Below are positions 1 to 8,666 of a DNA stretch of 64,000 bases, piece after piece. The position numbers and the translations under genes are program-made. The first letter of the stretch is position 1. Every line of letters starts with the position of its first letter. Source of the stretch: a virus (lineage: Duplodnaviria > Caudoviricetes); the IMG/VR virus record IMGVR_UViG_3300032234_000388, positions 1 to 64,000 of that record; one strand, 5' to 3'. Under the pieces are notes generated by a model that saw only the letters and a program-made list of their open reading frames with translations, had not been told where the DNA came from and did no database searches.

Positions 1-68
1 TCCATATTGCGCACTTCAGCCAGCTCATTTAATTCCTGTAGTATTGATCTTGTTCTAAGTTTCATCAT
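1..68 (-). CDS. hypothetical protein, N-terminal part (runs off window)
   Basis: ATG ATG AAA CTT AGA... = MMKLRTRSILQELNELAEVRNM; TAAATA motif at 86-91 (minus) upstream. Confidence 0.6.
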   Translation of the reverse strand, partial: MMKLRTRSILQELNELAEVRNM

Positions 69-170
69 TATTCCAGTTGATACTATATTTAACTCAAATT
101 AAAACTATTGTACAGTAAATTTGTCTTTAGGTCAAACAAGCCGCATTATGTGCAGATGCAGCATGTTCGG

Positions 171-178
171 TATAAATA
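171..178 (+). promoter_or_regulatory. T4-late-type promoter TATAAATA
   Basis: Exact T4 gp55 consensus; followed by a leader hairpin (tagaaac-catga-gtttcta) and AAGGAG RBS. Confidence 0.6.
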
Positions 179-234
179 CTTATTAGTAGAAACCATGAGT
201 TTCTATCAGCAGTATCACTCACAAGGAGATATAA

Positions 235-354
235 ATGAAAGCAGTTTTTAAAGGTATTTGGGATTTTTTCATTGCAACAGCAGAAGCAAGACACGCAGCA
301 GAACTAGCCCGTAATGGCAAGTATCGCGAAGCTCAGGAATATGTTCAAAGGTAA
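235..354 (+). CDS. small hypothetical protein, 39 aa (not in ORF track)
   Basis: AAGGAG RBS; MKAVFKGIWDFFIATAEARHAAELARNGKYREAQEYVQR. Confidence 0.65.
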   Translation: MKAVFKGIWDFFIATAEARHAAELARNGKYREAQEYVQR

Positions 355-565
355 TGCACTTTTAGAATTCAAAGAGGTCCCCTATGTAGTTTGGGGGCCT
401 TGGCAAAACCATTGGGGCTACATTACCACTGTGGCGCAATTCGATGAAGATGATATTATACTAAAAAGTATTACTCCTAGCAGACGTAAGATTGTGCATA
501 GATTTACAGATTGGGAAGACTGTCAGCAGGTAATAGAGTTGATAGAACAAGACAGGAGATTTTAA
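314..565 (+). CDS. hypothetical protein (start may be 341)
   Basis: ORF in a co-oriented string; stop overlaps the next ATG. Confidence 0.45.
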   Translation: MASIAKLRNMFKGNALLEFKEVPYVVWGPWQNHWGYITTVAQFDEDDIILKSITPSRRKIVHRFTDWEDCQQVIELIEQDRRF

Positions 566-648
566 TGACACACACATATTGGTGGCCCGTAACGGACGAA
601 GAATGGGAATGGCAAAATGCACCCGTGAAAAGCTCACAAAACAGTTGA
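565..648 (+). CDS. 27-aa Trp-rich peptide (not in ORF track)
   Basis: AGGAG RBS at 554-558; MTHTYWWPVTDEEWEWQNAPVKSSQNS. Confidence 0.5.
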   Translation: MTHTYWWPVTDEEWEWQNAPVKSSQNS

Positions 649-701
649 TTAATTTTAAAAAGATATATATACTAACACAAACACACACAAAGGAGAAGTA
701 A

Positions 702-905
702 ATGTTTACACCAGACGCACTTATCGACAGCGTACAAAACGCTAAGAAACAAGTTGTAAGTACATTCGTACAAGACGCAACAATCAAAGCAGGTCTAATT
801 GAAATCATCGAAGCACAAACAGAGTTTGCTAAAACTTTGGCTAAAAATGCTTTGACATTCAGTCAGCTTGCAGTACAGAGTTTGCCATTAGGCCAACAGA
901 AGTAA
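702..905 (+). CDS. small amphipathic helical protein (possibly phasin-like)
   Basis: AC-rich leader plus AAGGAG RBS; Ala/Gln/Thr-rich helical sequence. Confidence 0.55.
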   Translation: MFTPDALIDSVQNAKKQVVSTFVQDATIKAGLIEIIEAQTEFAKTLAKNALTFSQLAVQSLPLGQQK

Positions 906-941
906 AAGTAAAGACATACACATACACACAAGGAGAAAACT

Positions 942-1208
942 ATGTCAGATTTAACACCAAAACTACCAGAAGTAAAATTCAACAAGAACGGCTACGAAAT
1001 CCGTTCAGACATCTTAGGAATGGCTAAGAGTCTAGTACAAGACGACTTCCATGCCAAATTCCAAGGTTGGGAAATGACTGCTACTCGCGATGAGAAGACT
1101 GGTCAAATTATTAACACAGTTAGCATGCCAGAGTTCCCAGGACTTGATAAAGTTCTAGAAACTGCGGAAAAAATGTATGCATTTGTTAACACAGGTGCAA
1201 AGAAGTAA
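942..1208 (+). CDS. hypothetical protein
   Basis: AC-rich leader plus AAGGAG RBS; followed by a terminator. Confidence 0.75.
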   Translation: MSDLTPKLPEVKFNKNGYEIRSDILGMAKSLVQDDFHAKFQGWEMTATRDEKTGQIINTVSMPEFPGLDKVLETAEKMYAFVNTGAKK

Positions 1209-1225
1209 TTTAAACTACTTCAAAC

Positions 1226-1250
1226 AAAAAGCACCCTAGGGTGCTTTTTT
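1226..1250. terminator. bidirectional intrinsic terminator
   Basis: aaaaa-gcaccc-ta-gggtgc-ttttt between convergent genes. Confidence 0.8.
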
Positions 1251-1954
1251 TACGTTCTAAGTTTTGCAACTCTAAAAAATTCAAATAGTTTAAACCACAT
1301 CCAGCCAATGTCAAATTCAAACCAACGACGGCTTAGTTTAGGATTAGCAGGATCGAGGTGATGGTTGTTGTGTAGTTCTTCACCACCAATTAAGATACCC
1401 CAAGGCATTACATTATGACTGTGATCTTTGGTTTCGCCGTTGCGATAACCCCACCAGTGTCCAACTCCGTTGATAAAACCAGCAGCCCAAAACGGAATCC
1501 ATATCATTTGAACACCCCACACTAAGAATCCCCATGGCCCAAATAATAACAAGTCTATAACTAACATTACAAGAATGCCAAGGCGATGGTGGGGTGTATA
1601 AAGTTTGCGTTCAATCCAATCTTTAGGAGTACCTGCTCCGTATTTTATAATCATATGAGCGTCGCTGCCTGCTCGATTATAAAATTTAACTCCGCCAAAG
1701 ACTAGTTGCCAAATTCCAAATACGTGTGGGCTATGTGGATCACCTTCAACATCAGTGTTTTGATGATGTTTACGATGAATGGCTACCCATTGTTTGGTGG
1801 TCATGCCAGTGGTCAGCCATAACCATAACCGCATAAAATGACTGAGTACAGGGTGAAACTCAATTCCCCTATGTGCTTGATTTCTGTGTAGATATAATGT
1901 CACACAGACTATTGTGATGTGCGTCATCACTAACGTTGCAATTATAATTTCCAT
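1250..1954 (-). CDS. membrane fatty-acid (acyl-CoA delta-9 type) desaturase
   Basis: Three His boxes HRNQAH, HRKHH, HNNHH; GDPHSP and FEFDIGW motifs; hydrophobic segments. Confidence 0.92.
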   Translation of the reverse strand: MEIIIATLVMTHITIVCVTLYLHRNQAHRGIEFHPVLSHFMRLWLWLTTGMTTKQWVAIHRKHHQNTDVEGDPHSPHVFGIWQLVFGGVKFYNRAGSDAHMIIKYGAGTPKDWIERKLYTPHHRLGILVMLVIDLLLFGPWGFLVWGVQMIWIPFWAAGFINGVGHWWGYRNGETKDHSHNVMPWGILIGGEELHNNHHLDPANPKLSRRWFEFDIGWMWFKLFEFFRVAKLRT

Positions 1955-1981
1955 CTTGTATTTATGGCATTGCAGCAGGTA

Positions 1982-2010
1982 TTGACAAAACTATTAACTG
2001 AGTATATAAT
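1982..2010 (+). promoter_or_regulatory. sigma70 promoter (ATG at +7, leaderless)
   Basis: TTGACA-17-TATAAT. Confidence 0.85.
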
Positions 2011-2016
2011 ACAAGT

Positions 2017-2598
2017 ATGAAAAAAATCATTTTAACAGATGCCGATGGTGTAATTTTAGATTGGGAATATGCTTTCTCAGTTTGGATGGAACAACACGGA
2101 TTTAAAACTGTAGAAGACAGCCAGTTCAAATACGACATTGGTAAACGATATGGCATTGAAAAAGATCAGGCCAAAAAACTAATCAAAATGTTTAACGAAT
2201 CAGCGCATATGGGATTCCTTCCTCCCCTGCGTGATGCTATGTTTTATGTAAAAAGACTACACGAAGAACATGGTTATACTTTTCATTGTATAACTTCTAT
2301 GAGCTCGGATGAAAATGCACAAGAATTACGCAAAATGAATCTGCGTAAACTGTTTGGCGAGACTGCTTTTACTAAGTTTATCATTCTAGAAACTGGAGCA
2401 GACAAAGACGAAGTTTTAGAAAAATACCGTGATAAAGGTTATTGGTGGATTGAAGATAAAATTACCAATGCCGAAGCAGGACACAATGTAGGACTAAAAT
2501 CCTTAATTATGGAACACGGCCATAACATGGACTACGAACACCCCGAAATTCCTAGAGTACGAAATTGGAAAGATATCTACGATAGAATCGTAGGCTAA
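2017..2598 (+). CDS. HAD-superfamily phosphatase/nucleotidase (T4 gp30.2-like)
   Basis: Motif I ILTDADGVILDW; motif IV WIEDK. Confidence 0.75.
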   Translation: MKKIILTDADGVILDWEYAFSVWMEQHGFKTVEDSQFKYDIGKRYGIEKDQAKKLIKMFNESAHMGFLPPLRDAMFYVKRLHEEHGYTFHCITSMSSDENAQELRKMNLRKLFGETAFTKFIILETGADKDEVLEKYRDKGYWWIEDKITNAEAGHNVGLKSLIMEHGHNMDYEHPEIPRVRNWKDIYDRIVG

Positions 2599-2602
2599 AT
2601 AC

Positions 2603-2692
2603 TCTTGGGGAGTAGCCATCCTGAAAGGGATTTACAAATCGTCAATACGGTAGCAATACCCGGTTTGTAAACAAAGCGGCAAGACCATAACT
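2603..2692 (+). ncRNA. yybP-ykoY (Mn2+) riboswitch
   Basis: GGGGAGTAGCC...CGTCAATAC...GGCAAGACC core; stems atcc/ggat, tttacaaa/tttgtaaa, ggta/tacc; directly 5' of the RBS of a TerC/Alx gene. Confidence 0.88.
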
Positions 2693-2703
2693 AGGAGATA
2701 GGT

Positions 2704-3657
2704 ATGGAAATGTTGTTATCGGCGGCTGTACTGCCTTGGATTGCGTTCTTCGTAATCGTTATTGCGCTCATGGCATTCGACTTGGGCGTTCTCAATAAAA
2801 CAGATCATGAAATTGGCATAAAGGAAAGCCTGTGGTTAAGTGCTTTCTATATTGCTGTGGCCCTGCTGTTTGGCCTAGGTGTCTGGTGGATGCGTGGAGC
2901 AGAAGATGCTCTACTCTACTACACAGGATTCTTAGTTGAGAAATCATTAAGCATAGACAATGTATTTGTGTTTGCACTGATTTTCACATTCTTAGGAATA
3001 CCTAGAATATATCAATATCGTGTTTTAGTCTGGGGTATCTTAATGGCTCTTGTGCTACGTGCTGTGTTCATCGGATTCGGTGCCGCAGTGGTATCAGAAT
3101 GGCAATGGGTACTTTGGTTCTTTGGAGCCTTCTTAATCATCACCGGGGTCAAGATGTTATGGGCCAAAGACGATGATGGTCCAGATTTTGAGAATAACGC
3201 ATTGTATAAATGGATGCAAAGTAAAATGAATCTAAGCAAAGAATACAGAGGTCACGACTTCTGGTTCATAGAGAATGGAGTAAGATGGTTTACTCCGTTG
3301 TTTGTTGCACTAGTGTTGATCAACTTTGCCGACATCATCTTTGCTGTGGATAGTGTACCTGCTATCCTAGCTATTACGCAAGACCCGTTTATAGTCTATA
3401 CATCAAACATCTTTGCTATTTTGGGACTACGAGCTTTGTATTTTGCTCTAGCTGCCATGATACATAGATTCCACTATCTCAAATATGCTCTAGCATTAAT
3501 CTTAGTATTGATTGGTGTCAAGATCGTATTAATGATGATCGGTATTAAATTGCCTGCACTGCTAACCCTAGGTCTAACCTTTGGTTTACTGGCAGGTGGA
3601 GTTGGTTATAGCTTATGGAAAACTAAGGAGGACAATCATGAGAAAGCCGCTTTATAA
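2704..3657 (+). CDS. alx: TerC/Alx family metal-homeostasis membrane protein
   Basis: EKSLSIDNVFVF, DIIFAVDSVPAI and SNIFAILGLRALYF motifs; multiple TM segments. Confidence 0.92.
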   Translation: MEMLLSAAVLPWIAFFVIVIALMAFDLGVLNKTDHEIGIKESLWLSAFYIAVALLFGLGVWWMRGAEDALLYYTGFLVEKSLSIDNVFVFALIFTFLGIPRIYQYRVLVWGILMALVLRAVFIGFGAAVVSEWQWVLWFFGAFLIITGVKMLWAKDDDGPDFENNALYKWMQSKMNLSKEYRGHDFWFIENGVRWFTPLFVALVLINFADIIFAVDSVPAILAITQDPFIVYTSNIFAILGLRALYFALAAMIHRFHYLKYALALILVLIGVKIVLMMIGIKLPALLTLGLTFGLLAGGVGYSLWKTKEDNHEKAAL

Positions 3658-3733
3658 TATTACAAAAACTGATCTTTGGGTCAGAGGAGTGTTTGTGGCA
3701 GTAGCAGTAGCATTAGTTATTGCACACGAATAA
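3638..3733 (+). CDS. 31-aa single-TM peptide (not in ORF track)
   Basis: AAGGAGG RBS; MRKPLYNITKTDLWVRGVFVAVAVALVIAHE. Confidence 0.5.
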   Translation: MRKPLYNITKTDLWVRGVFVAVAVALVIAHE

Positions 3734-3756
3734 AAAAGCCCCGAAAGGGGCTTTTT
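3732..3756. terminator. bidirectional intrinsic terminator
   Basis: aaaaaa-gcccc-gaaa-ggggc-ttttt. Confidence 0.88.
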
Positions 3757-3797
3757 GCTGGGCACGAGTTCCAGCTACACTCTATAGACGTGTACGA

Positions 3798-4805
3798 TTA
3801 TTTGATTTGATTCCAAACTCTCAATCTAATTTGATTTGTTAGATCATTAGGCAATGGCACATAATCTAATTCTAGTGCTGCCTGCTTGCCATTTCTAAAA
3901 GCCCAATCGAAGAACTTGAGTGCTTCTTGACTTTGTTTTTGATCTTTAGGATCTTTGTACATAAGGATAAAGCTAGCTGTACTTACAGGCCATACATTAT
4001 CTCCACGTTGATCAACAATGCTCAATCCCATGCCCGGTACACTAAACCAATCAGCACCTGCGGCTGCGGCGGCAAATGTAGTGTCATCTGGATGTACCCA
4101 CTTGCCTGATTTATTTTGCAACTGTAGATAGACTAAATTGTTTTTCTTAACGTAGGCAAATTCTACATAGCCTATTGAACCCTTTACACGAGCTACGTTA
4201 GCAGCAACACCTTCGTTGCCTTTACCTCCCATTGCTGTAGCCGGTAGCCACTTAACTGCCGGGCCTTTACCTACCTTATCTGCCCATTCTTTAGATACTG
4301 TGGAAAGATAATCAGTCCAGTTGAATGTTGTGCCTGAGCCATCTGCACGATGAACTACAGTAATTGGTTGATCTGGTAACTTCTTGCCTGGATTCAATGC
4401 AGTAATTTTAGGGTCATTCCACTTGGTAATCGTACCCATAAACACTTCTGCCATTACCGGCCCTGTAATGCGTAGCTCGCCTGGTTTAAATCCCTGTAGA
4501 TTAACGATAGGAACTGTGCCGCCAATAATTGCTGGAAACTGTACCAGACCATCTTTGTCTAGATCTTCACCTTTCATAGGAGCATCAGTGGCTCCAAATA
4601 TGACTGTCTTAGCTCGAATTTGACGGATGCCGCCTGAACTTCCAATTGATTGATAGTTAAGTCCCACACCTGTGGCCTTTTTATAATCTTCGGCCCATTT
4701 AGCATAGATCGGATATGGAAATGTTGCGCCTGCTCCTGTGATGTCTGCTGCTTGTGCTGTAACAGCAATGCTCATTGCCGCCAGTAGTGTCAGTAATTTT
4801 TTCAC
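3798..4805 (-). CDS. pstS: phosphate ABC transporter substrate-binding protein
   Basis: Signal peptide; GAGATFPYP, YQSIGSSGG and HRADGSGTT motifs; GTG start at 4805 follows AAGGAG. Confidence 0.95.
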   Translation of the reverse strand: MKKLLTLLAAMSIAVTAQAADITGAGATFPYPIYAKWAEDYKKATGVGLNYQSIGSSGGIRQIRAKTVIFGATDAPMKGEDLDKDGLVQFPAIIGGTVPIVNLQGFKPGELRITGPVMAEVFMGTITKWNDPKITALNPGKKLPDQPITVVHRADGSGTTFNWTDYLSTVSKEWADKVGKGPAVKWLPATAMGGKGNEGVAANVARVKGSIGYVEFAYVKKNNLVYLQLQNKSGKWVHPDDTTFAAAAAGADWFSVPGMGLSIVDQRGDNVWPVSTASFILMYKDPKDQKQSQEALKFFDWAFRNGKQAALELDYVPLPNDLTNQIRLRVWNQIK

Positions 4806-4855
4806 TGTAATCTCCTTGTGTGTTAAGTGAATGTGCTCATGCACAAAAATACTTA

Positions 4856-4906
4856 GTTACAAAGAGATTACAAAATGATTACTGTAATATTAAAGTTTTA
4901 TTACAA
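4856..4906 (-). promoter_or_regulatory. pho-box-like array (five 7-mers at 11-bp period)
   Basis: Minus strand: TTGTAAT-CTTTAAT-CAGTAAT-TTGTAAT-TTGTAAC, each separated by 4 nt, upstream of pstS. Confidence 0.75.
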
Positions 4907-4911
4907 AGAAA

Positions 4912-5012
4912 ATGCTCACTTTAAGAATGCCTTCCGGGGCACGACTCCCAAACATTCTAGACCAGCAGCCGGTCCACACTAGTAACGCATAACGTCCTAA
5001 GGTAGTGTGTTC
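4912..5012 (-). ncRNA. candidate structured RNA
   Basis: Stems cacacta/tagtgtg, gaccgg/ctggtc and agaatgttt/aggcattct enclosing ggg-agtcgtgc-ccc. Confidence 0.45.
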
Positions 5013-5013
5013 T

Positions 5014-6126
5014 TTACGCCTGAACCTTTTCTATTGTATAGTCAGCTTCAGTTGAATCTGGATATCGTGTTGTTAGTTTAGTAATAATGTCTTGACGGCT
5101 TTCACCTTCAATACGAGCAGTACGACCAGTGGCGTTCTGTGTCACATTATAAGTGCCTGGACCATCGTTAGGATCCTGTTCTGCTTCTGGCTCCGGTTCA
5201 TCGCTGGATGCATAGCTCAATGGAAATCTACGTTTGATATCGGCAATTTCTTTAGGAATGTCGTATCCGTCACGCATGAGTTCTGTTGAACTGGCTTTAA
5301 TGTCTGCAGCATTGGCTTCGAGTCCAGCTACTAGTTTTTTCATTAGTCCCGGAAACAGTTCTGCAAACTTTTCATCTGAACGCACAGTTTGATTACCGTT
5401 ATTAATTTGATTAGTTGCTGCGTGTATCTGCCACTTGCCGTTGACATCGTCCATATTCTGCTTGTCAATCACACTGATGATTACACCGTCTTCAGCATAA
5501 CGTTTAAACCATGTGAGTCCTGCGCTGGATCCTGTACAAAAACTTGCAGGGAAACCATTTGAATTGTTGAAAGTATAGCAGCTACCATAGTTAAATGGCA
5601 CAACTGCTTGATAACGCTCGTCATCATAGATGGTAATTTCTTTCTTTTCTTTCTTGTGCTTTTCAATTACTTCAGCATCTTTGATCTTGCGTAGCTCTTC
5701 ACGATATGCTCTATCGTTGACAATGGCCTGTATTTGACGCAGATTCTTAAACTTGTTAAAGTCTTGATGTTTCTCTGCAAGTTTACCACGGAGGCTTAGA
5801 GCTTTCCATGCACCTAGTGCATCACCACCTTCACCGTTGATGTCTTCAAAGTCAACTATACCGTTCATGTACATGCGAGTCAACCACTCATCAAACTTGC
5901 CGTCTGCTGATACATCACCGTAGTCTGTGCTACGTAGTGAAGCGTCTAGTATATCGCTCCACAACTTTAGTATATCTTCGTCTGTGGGTTTTGGTCCTAG
6001 TGCGGCTACTTTGCCTTTGGGCAATGTACCATCGTGACGCATGGCAATGCCCAGCATCTTCATGGTCTTGGGATCTTTGATCTTAGCCGCTACGTTGGCT
6101 TCTTGTATAATATGTTCTAGTCTCAT
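5014..6126 (-). CDS. hypothetical protein, probable virion/head-internal protein
   Basis: 370 aa; N-terminus MRLEHIIQE resembles a capsid-targeting propeptide. Confidence 0.6.
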   Translation of the reverse strand: MRLEHIIQEANVAAKIKDPKTMKMLGIAMRHDGTLPKGKVAALGPKPTDEDILKLWSDILDASLRSTDYGDVSADGKFDEWLTRMYMNGIVDFEDINGEGGDALGAWKALSLRGKLAEKHQDFNKFKNLRQIQAIVNDRAYREELRKIKDAEVIEKHKKEKKEITIYDDERYQAVVPFNYGSCYTFNNSNGFPASFCTGSSAGLTWFKRYAEDGVIISVIDKQNMDDVNGKWQIHAATNQINNGNQTVRSDEKFAELFPGLMKKLVAGLEANAADIKASSTELMRDGYDIPKEIADIKRRFPLSYASSDEPEPEAEQDPNDGPGTYNVTQNATGRTARIEGESRQDIITKLTTRYPDSTEADYTIEKVQA

Positions 6127-7004
6127 CCTGAAATCAAAGCCCTTTTAAAGAAAGCAAGCACAGTACCTAATTTAGCAGTATCGCCTTCAGTGATATCTTT
6201 TAACAACTGTTGAGGTCCTTCTGATCTAGACGATGCATAAGTACGACCATAACTTCTGTTGATGTCACCGGTCTGTTCTGGATAGTAGTGTGCAGCCGCC
6301 ATTAGTACTGCTGTTTGTACAGCACTTCTAAGAAAGTCTGGAGCATCTTCAAGCGTGCCGGTTTCCATAGCTTCTGCACTGTTCTGCAGTCTGCCAACGT
6401 ATTCTAATTTCTTAGTGGCTTTTTCAAAAGCATCATTCTTAATCTGATTGGCTATGTGGCCCTTAATGTCAGCAATGGCTGCTGTGATTGCTCTGTTCCA
6501 TAAAGGCTTAAACTTTTTAATCAATGTGTCATTGCTGACCTGTGCAGTACTTGCGCCAGCTTGTTGTGACTGACGAGTTTTTTGTTTGTCTGAGACCGCG
6601 GTAGAATTTGAACCTACATAAAACTTTTGCAGTTTACCAATTTCGCCTTTGAGGAAGTCTATAACATTGCCGCCGCGACCGTCGTTCATGCTGCGAGTTT
6701 CACCACCTGAACTAGCCACTGCTGTATAATCTCCAGTGTTGCCGCCTGATGCTTTGATTGCTCCTGTGCCCTTATCGCCTTGGATAATAACCCAAGCACC
6801 TCTCCAGTTGCCTTTCAAATCACTCCAAGATATTTTATCTATCTGCTTGTAATTCTGATCGTGTGCTAACTTCATATCTTTGTGTAGCTTTTTAATTACT
6901 TCAGCTCCACCAGGATTGTTCTGTATTAGTGATAAAGAAGTACTAGCTTCATCTAGCACACTCTCACACATCTGTGCAAACAGTTTAAAGGATTCAGGAC
7001 TCAT
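6123..7004 (-). CDS. hypothetical protein (probable start MSPESF at 7004)
   Basis: Long ORF coupled to both neighbours. Confidence 0.7.
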   Translation of the reverse strand: MSPESFKLFAQMCESVLDEASTSLSLIQNNPGGAEVIKKLHKDMKLAHDQNYKQIDKISWSDLKGNWRGAWVIIQGDKGTGAIKASGGNTGDYTAVASSGGETRSMNDGRGGNVIDFLKGEIGKLQKFYVGSNSTAVSDKQKTRQSQQAGASTAQVSNDTLIKKFKPLWNRAITAAIADIKGHIANQIKNDAFEKATKKLEYVGRLQNSAEAMETGTLEDAPDFLRSAVQTAVLMAAAHYYPEQTGDINRSYGRTYASSRSEGPQQLLKDITEGDTAKLGTVLAFFKRALISG

Positions 7005-7005
7005 A

Positions 7006-7440
7006 TTAGTTACACCAGCTTTGTTTAGCTTCGCCGTAGTATTCACGGGCAAATCCGTTGGCAATTAGTTGACTACGTAAGCTCTGTCCGTTTAGAATGA
7101 TGTCGCCCAAGACACGCCCACCAAACTTATCCCATCCATAAAGGACCACTTGTCTTTGCTGACTGGCTGCAACAAGATTTTTGGTGAAAACTGATGCTGC
7201 TTCTCCTCGTTGCTTTTCTGAATCGCATTGTCCACGAAATCCTTTTTCGGGTGTGTCGACTCCGTAGATACGTACAGCAAGTTCTGGCTTAAGGGGCTGT
7301 GGGAGAAAGGGAGCAGCGATTACAATAGTATCGCCATCACTCACTCTTAGAATTTGTGCGTCATACATAACGCCCTTAGGTTGTTTTTGTGCAAATGCTA
7401 GCGTAGGTACAACCAGCAATAATAATAGTAGTTTTTTCAT
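7006..7440 (-). CDS. exported SNase/thermonuclease-family nuclease
   Basis: Signal peptide; DGDT, RIYGVDTPE and DKFGGRVL motifs. Confidence 0.88.
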   Translation of the reverse strand: MKKLLLLLLVVPTLAFAQKQPKGVMYDAQILRVSDGDTIVIAAPFLPQPLKPELAVRIYGVDTPEKGFRGQCDSEKQRGEAASVFTKNLVAASQQRQVVLYGWDKFGGRVLGDIILNGQSLRSQLIANGFAREYYGEAKQSWCN

Positions 7441-7461
7441 ATCTGTTCCAATGTTTTATAT

Positions 7462-8082
7462 TTATACTGCTTTTTCAGTATATTCACATTTCTTCCAACC
7501 CAACAGATATTCAGCCTTCCAGTCGTTCTGTGCAAAGCCTTTGAGTTGCTGCCATTGATCACGCTGTGCCCAAACACGGATCGCAGCATCTTGCCAGTCA
7601 GTGTGGCGGATAGCATATTCTATCATGAACATGCGATTTTTAAAGTGATCGTAATCGTTGCTGTCAAACTCTATGTGTAGTACTTCAAAGGTTGTATCAG
7701 TATCAGACACTGCGTCTAGAGCAAAATCAAACCCCCATTTGGCACGGGTACGCAGTAGATAGTCTGCTGTGGGTACTGTAGATTTTATCTGCTCTAGCTG
7801 CTGTCGAGCTTGACCATTATATGTGCAACGACACAGAAAAATTGCATGATCTAATATCAAGCCTAGATCATCTCGTTCTAAACGGAACCACGGTTGTTGC
7901 CAGCAACGATGATTGAGTATGGGATCGTTGATAGGATAATTCATAGCAGCGTAAAACTTCTGTTCTGCTTGATTAAGTTCAAATCCGTCTTTGTCGTAAT
8001 ATTGAAAATCTACGGGCTCAAGATCTGCGGGTTCGGTACAGACAGGATTAGATATTAGTTTTATGTTTTGTCTAGCAAACAT
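7462..8082 (-). CDS. hypothetical protein
   Basis: 206-aa ORF in operon. Confidence 0.7.
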   Translation of the reverse strand: MFARQNIKLISNPVCTEPADLEPVDFQYYDKDGFELNQAEQKFYAAMNYPINDPILNHRCWQQPWFRLERDDLGLILDHAIFLCRCTYNGQARQQLEQIKSTVPTADYLLRTRAKWGFDFALDAVSDTDTTFEVLHIEFDSNDYDHFKNRMFMIEYAIRHTDWQDAAIRVWAQRDQWQQLKGFAQNDWKAEYLLGWKKCEYTEKAV

Positions 8083-8084
8083 GA

Positions 8085-8243
8085 TTAGTCTATCTGTTTA
8101 GTCTCTTGTTGACATTCATAACATCGGCATTCTGTGCAGTCGCAGCCATCAGTCATACAACTAATGCCACAATGTTTGCCGCAGGCACAATCACAACCTA
8201 AACTGGTGTAGGGCTTGTAGGTGCCCTCTTGTTCATGTGTCAT
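8085..8243 (-). CDS. Cys-rich metallothionein-like peptide, 52 aa (not in ORF track)
   Basis: AAGGAGCGAGCG RBS; MTHEQEGTYKPYTSLGCDCACGKHCGISCMTDGCDCTECRCYECQQETKQID (10 Cys). Confidence 0.75.
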   Translation of the reverse strand: MTHEQEGTYKPYTSLGCDCACGKHCGISCMTDGCDCTECRCYECQQETKQID

Positions 8244-8267
8244 CGCTCGCTCCTTTGTGATATTTGT

Positions 8268-8666
8268 TTAGTCGTGCATGCCAAAGTTGCCCGACATACG
8301 CACTTGTTCTATATCATTGTTTTCAGCATACTTGTCCACATACAGCGCCAGTTTGAAATCTAATATAGTTAATCCTTTAACATCGAAGGTTGATGTTTTA
8401 ACTGTGACTTCTGCTACATCTTGTGTGACTTCAGCAAAGTGATCCATCTTTTCTGACAGCTTGTTTACAAATTCCACAAACTCCAGTGCATGTCTATGAT
8501 CTTTGGCCACGTACTTGGCCTGTAGAGTACGATGATCTAACATTTCCCAATCAGGCAAGTACTGTGACTTTAGATCGTTAAGGTCATCGTTCTTGGGCAC
8601 AAAGTCTTCTATGTCCTTGCTGCGGAACTTGCCTTCTACTATGTCAATAAGTTCTCTAATGTTCAT
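8268..8666 (-). CDS. pterin-4-alpha-carbinolamine dehydratase-like protein
   Basis: PDW...FVNKLSEKMDHFAEV...TFDVKGLTILDFKLA matches the PCD pattern (canonical HHP and THD degenerate). Confidence 0.7.
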   Translation of the reverse strand: MNIRELIDIVEGKFRSKDIEDFVPKNDDLNDLKSQYLPDWEMLDHRTLQAKYVAKDHRHALEFVEFVNKLSEKMDHFAEVTQDVAEVTVKTSTFDVKGLTILDFKLALYVDKYAENNDIEQVRMSGNFGMHD

